In this document: positions 1 to 12,952 of the stretch, one piece after another | Position numbering within the stretch: position 1 is the first letter of the stretch | Layout: each line of letters begins with the position of its first letter | Assembly (NCBI GenBank): GCA_030390025.1 | Contig: CM059447.1 | Location: 15,872,001-15,936,000, forward strand | Length of the DNA stretch: 64,000 nucleotides | Reading direction: 5' to 3' | Source: Squalus acanthias | Lineage: Eukaryota | Translations under genes and position numbers: made by a program | The notes under the pieces: generated by a model | Told to the model about the DNA's origin: nothing | What the model saw: the letters and a program-made list of their open reading frames with translations, nothing else | Databases searched by the model: none

Positions 1-1100
1 TCACAATTACGGCATCTCTGAGATCCCCTGGCATGCTCTCCTCCTTCCATATAAGAGAAATGAGTTCATGAATTCGCGCCAGTAGTGCTTCTCCATCATG
101 CTTTAGTGCCTCGGCATGGATTCCATCTGCTCCTGAGGCCTTGTTGTTCTTCAGTTGTCGGATGGCCTTTTCAACCTCATGCCGGGCTGGGGTTGTGCTG
201 AGATGGTGGCGGGTAACATGCAGCGGGATGGAGTTGAGGACACTCGCGTCGAAGACAGAGTCTCGGTTAAGGAGATCTTCGAAGTGCTCCTTCCAGTGGG
301 CACTGACTGCTCTCTGTCCTTGATGAGTACCTCTCCGTTCTTGGCCCACAGTGGGGTAGGACCTTGGGTGCTTGGGCTGTAGGTGGTCTTGACTGCGCTA
401 AAGAATCCAAGCACGTCGTGGTTGTCGGCTAGCTGCTGGATCTCCTGTGCTTTCTCCACCCACCATCTGTTCTTTAGGTCGCGAGTTTTTTGTTGGACCT
501 CAGCCTTCAGGCGTCTGTAGAGCTGCTTTCTTGCTCTCGAGTCCTGTTGCGGTTTCCAGATCAGGAATGCCTTGCGCTTGTGGCTTATTAGCTCCTGGAT
601 CTCCTGGTCATTCTCATTGAACCAGTCTTGGTGTTTCCTGGTTGAGTGACCGAGTGTCTCTTCACAGGTGCTGATTATGGAGGCCTTGAGTGCAGACCAG
701 GCGCTGTGGACACTCTGTGTCTCTGCATCACTGGGAGTCGTCAGGTTGTTTGTGAGGCGCAGGCTGAATAGGGTTTTCTTAGCGGGGTCTTTGAGTGCTC
801 CAGCGTTGATTTTCCTGCGGCATTGTTTCTGTTGCCGTCGCTGTTTTGGGGCTACATTGATGGAGATGACAGAGCGGATTAGGCGGTGGTCTGTCCAGCA
901 GTCGTCAGCTCCTGTCATGGCGTGGGTGATGCGGACGTCCTTGCGGTCCCTCGCTCGGACGATGACGTAGTCCAGCAGATGCCAGTGCTTGGAGCGAGGG
1001 TGCTGCCATGAAGCCTTGTACTTGTCTCTCTGACAGAACAAGGTGTTGGTTATGACAAGGCCATGTTCTAAGCATTTCGTCAGGAGGAGGGTACCGTTGG
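1..1100 (-). mobile_element. RTE-clade LINE, 5'-truncated; C-terminal part of the APE endonuclease through the RT N-terminus, running off the window edge
   Basis: ORF 151-1110 has the RTE-type motifs WQHPRSKHWHLLDYVIVR, DCWTDHRLIRS and HQDWFNEND. After a 1-nt frameshift near 310 the frame continues as HWKEHFEDLLN...KASGADGIHAEALKH...WKEESMPGDLRDAVIV. Confidence 0.88.
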
Positions 1101-1139
1101 GAGGCATCATATGGCCTCCAACCAGAACTATGTAACGAC

Positions 1140-1960
1140 TATATCTAGTTTTCTCTCAACTTGTTCTATCTTTGCTGCTCATCTTTGATTTTGTTCCCAT
1201 TAACTCAGGAGTCCCCAACACTCGGTCTTCTCTCTCAATCTGTTCCTTCTTCACTAATCATTCAACCCTATCCAGATTTCTGCTGATGCTTCCACTTTAC
1301 ATTCATCAACTTCCTTCAGATCATACACCCTTAGTGCTCACCACCTCCAAATCTCTTGCAGTGCAAATACTAATCCACTACATCTAGATCTCCTGCCATC
1401 CTTCAATGGGCAATGAAAATCTGGTTTCTTTCAATTCTACAAAGTCAGGTTCTTCAGGTATCCCTCAAGTTGAACCAAGAGCTGCGACCTCTTATATTTG
1501 ATGACTCCATGCTAGTCCTTCTTCATCTATCAACATTCTTGGTCTCATTATCCACTCTACCCTCAAATGGAACTCCCACATTCCCTCCATTGCTAAAGCT
1601 TCCTCCAAGAAGCTTGGTTTTGGCTTTCCTATCAAAAATCGAAGACAAGACAAAGAAGCTTATTATCTGAGACAATCTCTCCCTTATTCATGGCCTCTAG
1701 TTTTTGTTCTCTTTGTTGCACCATTTCTCTCTACGTTCTCAACATTACTATGGTCAGTGTACTTCTGGACTTTTCTTCCTTGTTTCTTCTAAATTGCAAA
1801 TATGTTGCCCGACATGTTGTTCTGCTTCTCTACAACCCCACTGAGTTGAAATCACATTGCACATGCTCTAACTTATTTTTTCCACAGGGCCTGAAAGTTG
1901 TGGAACTCTTGATCTCCCTCAGTCTTTCCCTTCTCCTGCAATCTTCAGGCTGTTAAAACC
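1140..1960 (+). mobile_element. Highly degenerate LINE RT/3' fragment (CR1/L2 group)
   Basis: Remnant motifs GVP (ggagtcccc), an ADDSTL-like stretch (gctgatgcttccacttta) and WNSHIPSIAKASSKKLGF; many indels. Confidence 0.5.
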
Positions 1961-2760
1961 CAGGTTTAGAGCCACCCAATCACTACTTATGAATTTACCT
2001 AGTTAATCATGGACCATGGTCCTTCAGCTCAATCTCTCAGTAAAAATAACACCCCTTACTTCATTAATGCGACATTTCAATTTTCTAAAACATTCACTTG
2101 AGTGGATAATTTGAGTCATAATGTGAATTGACTGCTGAAATATGTGTAGTTTTGTACAGTACCCATTAAGACTGGTCAAACTAATTTCTGTTAGGACTTT
2201 TATGACCATTAGAGTGGGAATTTTCATCCATATATTTCAACCCAATTTGAACTCAAGTTTCAAATGTAAAGGGAACACTACGCCACAGCAAGCAGACAGT
2301 GTTTACGTCTGGACATTTTTCATATTGATAAAATATTAAAAACAATATCTATAGTGAACACAGATGTCATGCCGAGATGTCACGCTTTGTTATGGACGCA
2401 AAACAATCTTAAAATGTTGAGTGCCTCTGAACCACAATCTGAAATTGGCAAGCACATTACAATCTATAAAATTCCCTGTCCAAACAGGACACCAACTGAC
2501 CTAAGCCTCTGTTTACTTAACAACTATCAGACTTTCATGACCTTAAAGCAGCACTGCCCAACTTAGCAGAATAATGCACTGTACATATGTGATATAAAAC
2601 TCTTATCCTTATACAGCAGCACATCATCTGACTTGCCAGAGCATTGCCACAGGACGTGTGTTATTATGTTTTACAGATTGTTATTGATAACCCCTATATT
2701 AGCAACTTCCACAACGCTGTAAATCACCTGCTTGGATACATTTTTAGATGGACTATATTA

Positions 2761-2915
2761 GGATAAATTCAGCAGCCCCGTGCTCCCATCGGGAGCTGTA
2801 CTCAAAGGAAGCACAAGTCGGAGATAGGGCTACAGGGCTGTAGCCCTGACTCTCAGACGCATGCTCCCTTTGGGCGTGGCTCCTCACTGAGAGTGTGGGA
2901 CTGCTGAGTTTACCC
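2761..2915. mobile_element. Palindromic MITE-like element flanked by TA
   Basis: Arms of ~75 bp are imperfect reverse complements around the centre agggctacag-gg-ctgtagccct; TA at 2759-2760 and 2916-2917. Confidence 0.65.
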
Positions 2916-3961
2916 TATTGTTTTATGACAAAGTATCTTGGTGAATTAGGATAAAGGCTGAGGAATGGAATATCTTTTCCCTTTATGCAACTGGTTGCAC
3001 TCACTCCCAAAGCCAGGTTGAGCAAATGTTTTTTTACAGTGTAGAGTTTCTATTTTTACATAGCCTATCATTCTAGGCTGTCTGAATGAGATTGCAGAAC
3101 GTATGTTAATTAGAGTCAAAGTGCAGGCAGTTTTGATAGGGATTCCTGTTTACTGGGAACTCAATTGGAAGCACTAGACTTCATCCTCCCAATAAAGTCA
3201 CGGCTTTCGTTCTCTGTATTTGAGTTTGGATTCAGACTCTGGCCCCCTCGGTCATCCTTCCTCCTCTCAATGCCAATATTCAGAAGCCACTGATTAGGGA
3301 ATACATGTGATCTTAGACCATGTGAAAAATCATATATTTCTGTTAGAGGTTATTTTACTTCATCTATTTATACATTAAAAAAAAGACGCGTTTGTGAAGG
3401 TTGTGATGATGTTAAACACAAAACATATGGATCTGATTTTCAATACATTTCTAAATATGTTCCAATTAAACATGCCAACCCAAAATGATATGGAATTAAA
3501 TCCAGCAAAAAGAGAAGTACTCAGCCATTCCGGGATTTGAAAGGGAATATGTTTCACCTCTTCATGACATGGTGAACTAATAGTAGTCCTGCCACTACTC
3601 TCCCATTGTTATTTGCTATGTTTACTGTGACACCTCAATACAAAGGACAAGAGGAAGACCACAAGAAGTCCAATTTACCTGGACTAAAAAGATAAAATCA
3701 GCAGAGAAATAATAACGCTTTTATCAAGGCTAACAACATGCAAGGGTTCACACGACCGACGTTCTCCAGGAAGGACTTCTTTTTCCATCTGGTCTTTATT
3801 ATGTCGACCTTTTTAAATACATTTAATTTTATTGTTATAAATTATAAAAAGGAAAGGAAATATCAAATTTATTGTTTTATCATTATACCTCTTTCACATT
3901 GTGGTTCCCCTCATTATAGTGTAGATTTTTTTTTACAGAACTAGACTGAGTGTGCGTGTGA

Positions 3962-3990
3962 GGGAGAGAGAGAGAGAGAGAGAGAAAGAA
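3962..3990 (+). repeat. (GA)n microsatellite
   Basis: Direct reading. Confidence 0.9.
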
Positions 3991-4263
3991 TGAAAGAAAG
4001 ACAAAACTTGTGTTTAATGTCTTGACATATCCTGAGGACATCCCACAGCCATATCTATTTACAGTGAAATCAAGCAATATATAACCTTAGCAAAATGTTT
4101 GGGGATAGAAATGGCAAATTTTCAGTCACGAACAGTGATTTTTGAATTTCATCAAGTTTTATCTATTTATCTTGTTCAAATAATATATAAAGTAGAATAG
4201 AACATGTAAGAAAAAGCGTCAAAGTGACAAACGAATTTCCCACCCCTAATCTGCACACCATTA

Positions 4264-4545
<282 letters not shown>

Positions 4546-5314
4546 TCATTATGTGTAGTGAAGTCTCAAGCACTTACTTTTTAAATGCATTTACAGTGTC
4601 ACTATACAAAGCAACCAGAACAAGTCTTCACCCACGTATTCTCGCAGTTGTACTGTTTCCTCATCCTTAGCTATCACTCACTAGTACAGTAATTGTTCTT
4701 CCGAAGCACACAGCTGATAAAATGTCTCACAGCAATAAGACAAAAAGCATGGGAAGGAAAAAAGGATATTTGATCCCTCAAAGCCCGCTCCTTCCACAGA
4801 TCATGGACACCCTGCTCCATCAGCTGCCTCACTTAGTTCATCACGGAGGGGAAGTTATGCAAATTATGTATTCCTGAGTTCCAATGGTGTTCACATTAGT
4901 TATAAACAAAATGGAAGAAGGGTTATTGCAATATTCTAACATAAGCAGATGGCTCAATGGAATTCAAATGCGGATGAATGCTAGGTTATGCACTCTTGAA
5001 CAGGAAACCTCAAATGCGCACACAAGATGGGTGTCTTAACCTATCCGCTTGGTAGTCTAGTTCACTTTGAACTTCACCAAACTTCATTATGCTGCTGGCC
5101 ACGTGACATCAGTGTCATCAGCAAATTTTATATTACAAGAATGTTCCTCCTCCGTATCATTCATGGTCAATTAGGTTCACTCATTTGAGAAGGGGAGTAA
5201 AACGAGAAAGAAAGTAATTAAGAAGGAGGACGAGAGACACATACCCTTCCATAGGGAGTAACAGCAAAGCAAAATTATGGGGTGATGTTACCACTGCAAT
5301 CATGCCTTTTTACT

Positions 5315-5480
5315 TCTCCACCTCCTACTGAAACCCATCTCTTTGACCAAGCTTTTAATCACCCCTCCCACTATCTCCTTCATTGGCTCAGCAATGTTTG
5401 TCTGATTACACTTCTGTGAAGTGCCTTCAGACATTTTTCTACTTTAAAGGCACTATATCAACGCTTGTTGCTGTTGCTCC
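5315..5480 (+). mobile_element. L2-type LINE 3' end, degenerate
   Basis: ctctttgaccaagctttt...ctgtgaagtgcctt...aaggcactatat...gttgttg tail shared with the other L2 copies in the window. Confidence 0.65.
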
Positions 5481-5714
5481 TGCTAAAACTAGAAACGGCA
5501 GAAAATGAAAATCCACCCAAAATCTGTGCAATAACATTTCTCCCCTGACAGTTTCAAAACCATTTGAAAAAAGAATTCTGTCGTAAATAATATGCGGACT
5601 GCCAATTCCTTTGGTGGTTTCCATATTCCAGACTGGCCACTTGGTGCGTAATTAAATTATTTTGCGGGAGACAAAAAAGTTTTGATGACAAATGGTCTTT
5701 ATACTAGAGACCAT

Positions 5715-6040
5715 TGTGTAGTGTATTGGTTACGGTACTGGACTAATAATCTCGAGGGCTGGACACGTCATCCAGAGTATGTAAGTTCAAATCCCACCAT
5801 GGCAGTTTGAGAATTTGAATTCTGTTTAAAAAAGCTGGGATAAAGCTGGTATCAGTAAAAGTTAAAATGAAGTGGTCAGATTGTTGTAAAACCCCAACTG
5901 ATTCACTAATGTCCTTTAGGGAAGGGAACCTGCCTCTTTACTCAGTCTGGCCTTTAACTGCCCTCTAAAGTTTCCGAGGGATGGGCAATAAATGTCTGCC
6001 TTGCCAGCGATGCACACATCCGACAAATAATTAAAAAAAC
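5715..6040 (+). mobile_element. tRNA-derived SINE with a LINE-derived 3' tail
   Basis: A-box-like tagtgtattggt and B-box gttcaaatcc. The tail gggatgggcaataaatg..gccttgccagcgatgcacacatcc plus an A-rich end matches the 3' end of the LINE copies at 30160 and 57470. Confidence 0.75.
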
Positions 6041-7396
6041 AAAAATAATGATAAGGGGAAAATGAAAAAGAATGACAGGAATAAATCAAAATGAAACAAA
6101 AACAAGTTGTAATAATCCTATAAAATCAGACAAGAAAATGTTTTTAAAAAAACTAAATGAAAGGCTGATGAAATAGGCAAATACAATTATAAAAAGAAGC
6201 CGTATAAAAATAGGGAAAAACCAGAATGAGTCACACAGCAATTATAGAATTTATCCTGTTTACTGTCCAAATCACACATAATTCTGTTCTGCATCATCCC
6301 TTATATGGTTTCTATGAAGATTATTTTGACAGTCTCCCAAAATACAGAAAATGAAAACTAAAATAATAGAAAAATGTTCCCCTGTTTAACATTTCTTGTA
6401 GTTGTAGTTGAAAGTACATTATAAGTTTTGCTTTTAAACAGGTGAAACGATAGTTCAGCGTAACCACGTTCAACTAAATATTTTTAACAAGCGAACGCAA
6501 CTACCCTGAAAACAGGTTAGTTCCTAACCATAAATAAATGCACATCAGCAATTTGATCCCATTAGTTTAACTACCAACAATAATAACTGGAAGGATATGG
6601 CAACGCTGCCCTGTTGAAATCTTCTGGAACTTGCTGGGATCAGTTGTAATAACACAGTGGGTGGGTTATTGCTACTGGGTGGTACAAAAGAAAATACAAC
6701 TGTTACTGATATTCTGGAATGATTTTAATTTTTTAATGAATAATTTTATGATATTTATATCTGTTCTTCTGTCGCAGATTTGGGTGAATTATAACTCAAC
6801 ATAGAGGCGAAACACCATTTTAAACATATATTTTGGTCAGCAATGCGTCTGACATGTGCAGCAAACCATCACATGTTGATGCGTTTCCAAATCAAACTAC
6901 TGAAAAATCTGCATGGGTGCAGTTTCTGTTTGCTAATATAGAGGGCACACCCCATAGAGAGCCCCCACGAGTGTGTAGGGGTTTTGATGAGAGTTTTACC
7001 AGTTAAAACCATGCAGTCTACCAGCATGGAGAAATGCAAAGCTTCCCTGCTGTTTGTTCAACCAGGACCGCACTACCCAGTAGGGCATTGGCGTACAGGG
7101 TTATCTGGAGCTGCGTGGAAGATTCACAGCTCCCAGTGACGGGTCTACCCCTCCAGGTTCCATCAGTGAGCCGGGCTGGCTGCTCAATCGTCCACAGTAC
7201 CTGAAGTACCACAGACCCGCCTGGCTTTGGTATTGGATTATTACATCCGCCACAAAGGGTTCCAAACGTTAAAGAAAGATCTTAAGGGGGATAAGCGGTA
7301 GGGTTGTCAATCCAATCGGAATGAAATTTCCATTGACATTTCAAGATGATACCAGCACTAGGTTGTCACACTCCTTAGGAAAGCTCAAGGACACTC

Positions 7397-7470
7397 AGCG
7401 AATCAGAAATGGCTATGAAAGGCAGTGATCATCAACGAATCAGAAATGCCTATGAAAGGCAGTGACTATC
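7397..7470 (+). repeat. Tandem duplication, ~37-bp unit x2
   Basis: cagcgaatcagaaatggctatgaaaggcagtgatcat followed by caacgaatcagaaatgcctatgaaaggcagtgactat. Confidence 0.85.
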
Positions 7471-7659
7471 CATAATGCAGCAAAAAAAATCTACCTTAAT
7501 GAGGAGCACAACTTAAAATTCTCACTTGGATTGGAGAAATATTTGGAGTAGAGCGCATAAATCAGTTTAAAACTAGAAATATTGTTATGCTTGTCTGCTC
7601 TGAGTTTTAATGTCTTGGATTATGAAAGTTTATTAACTGATGAATATGGGGGACAAGAA

Positions 7660-7960
7660 ACTAAAGCAGAACTACATAAATTTAAAATAATCACAAAAAG
7701 AATTAAGGGGGAAATTAGGAAATGCCTTTACATTGAGAGTGATTAGTTTTTGTAATTCTCTGCCACAAACCATTGTTGAAGCAGAGTCCATAAATTCTTT
7801 GAAAAGGAAATTAGATAGTTGCTTGAAAAGAGGAATATTAGAGTATATGGAGAGCAGAAGCGCGGGGTCAGAATTAAATGGTTCATTCAGAGAAATACGG
7901 CAGCGCAGACTGGACGTGTCAAATGGCCGGTTTCTGTGCAGGAACATTTTATGATTCTTT
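7660..7960 (+). mobile_element. CR1 LINE 3' end, degenerate
   Basis: Translates as RVISFCNSLPQTIVEAESINSLKRKLD (CR1 ORF2 C-terminus); tail aaatggcc...tgtgc...ttttatgattct. Confidence 0.75.
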
Positions 7961-9465
7961 GTACTGTGGTAAACTCCAAGACACATTCTAATGATCTGTT
8001 TAGGGTACGGTTCAGACATTAAACACAACTAACTCTTGTGCCTGATTCATTTTAGACTTTTTCAGATGCTGCATTTCCAAACTCAGTAATGAGCAGAACT
8101 GCCTTACTTATCTATTGTGTGCTCCAGCAAAAAGGATTATCCTGCAGAAGTAGTAATCAGATACTCCCCCGATTCTAATGACTGGATTACTTTGGCAGCA
8201 GATGTAGTGGGATATGAAAGGACCCATTTTGGAAACCTAGAATTCGTAGAACAGCTCAACCAAATATAACAACCTTTTATGCTTTTCCTTTGGGAGCGAG
8301 ATCCTACTTTTATTAGTATAGATGGTGATGGGTTAGGTCGGTAACTGATTTTGACAAACCCTTCTCCTTTTCTTTTCTCCTGCCAGTTTGTCTTCATGTA
8401 TAATAATATTCAGCCATTATATTTCTGTAAGAAATGTATATGCTTGATGTTTTATTTGTGAAGTTTTCAACACTGAGCAAAGAGTAGAAATGCATGCATG
8501 TATTTGACCGTGACCTGAAAATGGGAATGTTCATATGGTGACAATCCATTCCAAACAGTCTACAAAGAACAGAGAAGGGTTGGGATCAGCGCCATTTTAG
8601 TTTTACAAGCAACAAGATGGAGCTACACCTTACAGGGGCAACACTGCGCTCAGATGAGGTCAAGAAACATTCCTTTTGAGGCTGCCTCCTTTCTTTACTG
8701 CACCGGGCATATTTGGCTTCTGCATTCTTCGATACCCCTGCACACCCCTTGGGGCTCCCTCAGCTTAGGCTCTTCCAAGCTCTCTGGACTTGGGTAACGG
8801 GTGTGCCCTCTATATTAGGCAAACAGAAACTGTACCCGTGCAGATTTTTCAGTAGTTTGGTTAGGAACTCCTGTGATTAATTCCTTTGGAACGTGTATAT
8901 ATTCTGGCAATCTCGCTTGCCTGGATAGAATTAAGGCAAATATCAAGATTTGAAGTCACAAGATGTCCCCAACACCTAATTTTAGTGGTTGTAGACAACT
9001 TCGGCATTTGTGCAACTGTTTTCATGTGGAAATTGGCCTGTGTACATTCGAAACAGCTGACAGTACCAAATGAACTTCCTGGTTTCCTTCACATTTATGC
9101 ATTTAAAATGGAACTCCAGACTTTCACTTGACAAAGGATGTCTTTCATTTTGTGACTGAGGCATGAATAATACGTTATTCACTTTCAAAATGTGGAGTTT
9201 TATTTTTGTTCCATCCCAACTATAATTCTCCATTAAAATTGCTCATCTCCTCAACAGCTGCATCAGATGTCAGAATGTTTTCTTGGCCCATTGTAGCTGC
9301 ACACTATTTCACCACTGGCATTCTCTCTGACTGGTTGATTTGTGCTTTTACATTCTACTCTCAGTAACACACTTGTGTGGTAACTCTCCTATCTACCTGC
9401 ACCAAAGCACCCTCTCATTTAGAGAATAATACAGTATGTTGCACTTTCAATTTTTAAACTTCTTA

Positions 9466-9826
9466 GGCTGAGACTCCCAGTGCGGTACTGAGGGAGTGCT
9501 GCACTGTCGGAGGTGCCGTCTTTCAGCTGAGACGTTAAACTGAGCTTTCTCAGGTGGACGTAAAAGATCCCACGGCACTATTTCGAAGAAGAGCGGGGGA
9601 GTTCTCCCCGGTGTCCTGGCCAACATTTATCCCTCAACCAACATAACAAAAACAGATTATCTGGTCATTATCACATTGCTGTTTGGGGGAGCTTGTTGTG
9701 CACAATTGACTGCCGCGTTTCCCACATTACAACAGTGACTCCACTTCAACAGTACTTCATTGGCTGTAAAGCGCTTTGTGATGTCCGCTGTTCGTGAAAG
9801 GCGCTATATAAATGCAAGTCTTTCTT
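9466..9826 (+). mobile_element. DeuSINE (SacSINE1/AmnSINE1-like), 5'-truncated
   Basis: Deu-domain-like gcactgtcggaggtgccgtcttt...gagacgttaaac...aaagatcccacggcacta...ccccggtgtcctggccaa, and an L2-like tail aaagcgctttg...gaaaggcgctatataaatgcaagt. Confidence 0.85.
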
Positions 9827-10257
9827 TTTAGTACTTGGATGGAATTATAGATGGACAGATGAGCCAATGTATATCCAAACCTAGACAGATAGATGGATGG
9901 ATTTCTGGATGGATGAAAATTTCAAAAAATATGAACAATACAGAGGTATACAAGGTTTATATCTCCCATCATGGCAACCCACATTTAGCACTGGGCAGTA
10001 AATGCAGCATTACTACATTTTTTAGCAGTGCATTTCTTAAACTCGTTTTTGTTGAATTTTTCCCTTTCAAATATTACTTGAAATAGATTTTCACGTATAC
10101 AAGCCAAAAGTTGGAAAAAGTGAACCTCGCTATCTTGCTTTCGGGGCAAAGAATAGAAAAGAAAATGTCTGTTGTGTTAACTGTGCATTGGCCATCAGTG
10201 TGAAAGGTGCGCCGGTCATTGGAAAAACTGAACCCATAAATTTGTACATTGCTACTA

Positions 10258-10518
<261 letters not shown>

Positions 10519-10556
10519 TTAGCCACAATCAAAACATCTTTTTCATACAGGGAGAG

Positions 10557-10680
10557 CCTTCACCACACGGACTGTCGCGGTTCAGGGAGAAGGCTCAACA
10601 CCACCTTCTCGAGGGCAACTAGGGTTGGTCAATAAATGCTGACCTTACCAGCGATGCCCATATCCCAAGAATGAATTTTT
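10557..10680 (+). mobile_element. Short LINE 3' tail (same family as 30160 and 57470)
   Basis: cttcaccacacggact...caccaccttctcgagggcaactaggg...caataaatgctg.ccttaccagcgatgcccatatcccaagaatgaa. Confidence 0.75.
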
Positions 10681-11637
10681 AAACATATATCTCAAGTTTC
10701 CTTCCCACAATTTTTGATGCTTTAAAAACGTAATAGATTTTGAAACTAGCCACACACTTCCTTTGTGACATCACTGCAGTGGTACCCTTTAATCGTTCGA
10801 TCCAAAGTCTGCTCCAGTAATGAGGCACCAAGCAGAGCAAAAGTGGAAAAGTGTAGACTTCACTTGTATAACCCGAATTTTTTTTAATTTTTTTTTAAAC
10901 AGATATATATTGTTTCCCCATTTTCTCTTATTTTTATGTCTGTCGGCTATTTGCCACCAAACAGCTTCCTCCATTCAGTAGCTGGAGTAACCTGGTCTGT
11001 GACCCTCTCCACAGCTACAAGGATTTCCACTTCATGATCTGTAAGCCAAAGGTGTGATTTATGAGAGTCTGGTTAGCCAAATGTTCATTGACTCATTCTC
11101 CATGAGATGGCACATCCATTTTAGCTGTCTTGCTGAGAACTGATAAATCTTGTTCCGCTACTGGTCTTCTGACCAAGTGTACAAGCAACCAGCAGCGCCC
11201 TGGGATATGAACATCATGATCCACGAGTCAAGCGCATAGCCAGGCCTTGGAGTATTAACTCTTCTCCGCAGTTTTTCCCGACACTGAAACGCTGCAAAAC
11301 CTTTTTTTTTAAATGCATCTCTCTCTGATGTTAAATATAATAATGTTGAATGAAATAAACAAATGGAACGTATTAACATTTCTTAATTCAAGATTAAAAG
11401 TATTGTGCTTAGTCGTGTTAGGTAATCCAGTCAGAGTTGTATAGTTTAAAGATGAATATTGGAGCAAAGTGGAATTGTAAAAGTAGTCCAAGCTCGCAAA
11501 TTATTCCACGAATCACAACATCTGTGGTAACCAATTCTGATGATTTGGGCTCAGGTTTTGGGACGGGACAATAGAAAGGGTATTAACAAAGACAGCTGTA
11601 CTTATTTTGTGCTGTATTAATCCGTGAAAGATCTTAC

Positions 11638-11752
11638 CGAAGTAAGTGGTCCCTTTCCCTATCCAAACGTGCCAGTCCCATTCTTTCCTCACGAAAATGA
11701 TTGTTTTCTTCCTCTGCTTCCAGGTCTATGACATAGGCAGAGCGCGATGATC
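11638..11752 (-). CDS. BAHCC1: BAHCC1 coding exon (probable exon 5), 115 nt, phase 1-2
   Basis: Encodes (G)SSRSAYVIDLEAEEENNHFREERMGLARLDRERDHLL(R), compare recalled DLEAEEER. Acceptor ttattgttgacag|, donor CG|gtaaga; phases fit both neighbours. Confidence 0.9.
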
Positions 11753-12952
11753 CTGTCAACAATAAAGTATTATTTGCAGCTAACCAGCACCCATGCAAAA
11801 CTCAGACCAAGTGTATTACAGTGGTACAGCTTAATATGAAATCTAGTCAAAGCAAATCCATGTCAAAATCAACTGTTCAAATTGTCAAATAAAGAAATGC
11901 AATGTAAAATGTCTCCATTTTCAGACATTTAAATTGTACTGTGTGATCAGCAACTGCACTAGCATTCACAAGGAAAACCTATACCTGTGTGATGTCTTGT
12001 GGCAAACTACTGACGATTTACTTTTGATGTTTGAGGAAATACTTCATTTATAACCTTTCAGAGAGAAAATTTCAACTTCCACGTCCACTGTTTGCTGGAT
12101 CAAATACTTAAATGACATGGTGGATGAAAAATATGATGAAGGAATTAACTTTTCAGTACGGAGATCCTTTACACGTTTTATCATAAGTACATTTTGGGTC
12201 AAACGTCTGCACAAAAGTAATAAAAGCTGAAAACTAATAGGGAATTGATAATAACGTGGAATTGCAAACATATGTGGAGCTCGTGTACAACTTTCAGCTT
12301 GAAGTGCTCTAAAAATTCTGATCGTTTATATTTTCATCTGGATGTTTGAAGTCCTCCTTTAAGTGATAACTTAAAGTAGGTGACATTCAAACAGGCAGAT
12401 CACCACTTTTTTGGGGTCTGATTTTGGACACTTTGGGGTCAGCTTTATAGCAGTATTCAGCACAAATCATCTTCATACTGGAAGTGAGGACAGTCAAAAT
12501 CATGGGCTTCTCCAAACTGCTAACGTTACAGTACATGATCAGCTACTGGGACCTGTGACTCAACTAGGTTGAGTTGGACAATGTCAAGTTTTCATACCCA
12601 CAGATGAAACACTTCAGTCCAACAAACAAGTCGAGATGAAGTTGAAGCAACCAAAGCAAGGCCGTCTGAATTACAGGCTAACCTGCAACTCGAACACGTA
12701 ACTATTCTGGGAATTAAATACTGTCCTACCATGTCATTTAGTAACAACACTACACTTAAAGCATTCCCAAATGATGTGTCACCTATGCCAGGAAAGAAAG
12801 GTGACATACGGGCCAGCATTTACCAGTAGTCCCATAGAACAATATTTCTGACAATAATAATCATGTTGTGAAAACAGTTAAAAAAAAAAAAATCAGGGTT
12901 GTTGACAGAAGCACGGTTTAACTACTTATTTGGGTCTTTAACAGTATCTCAC

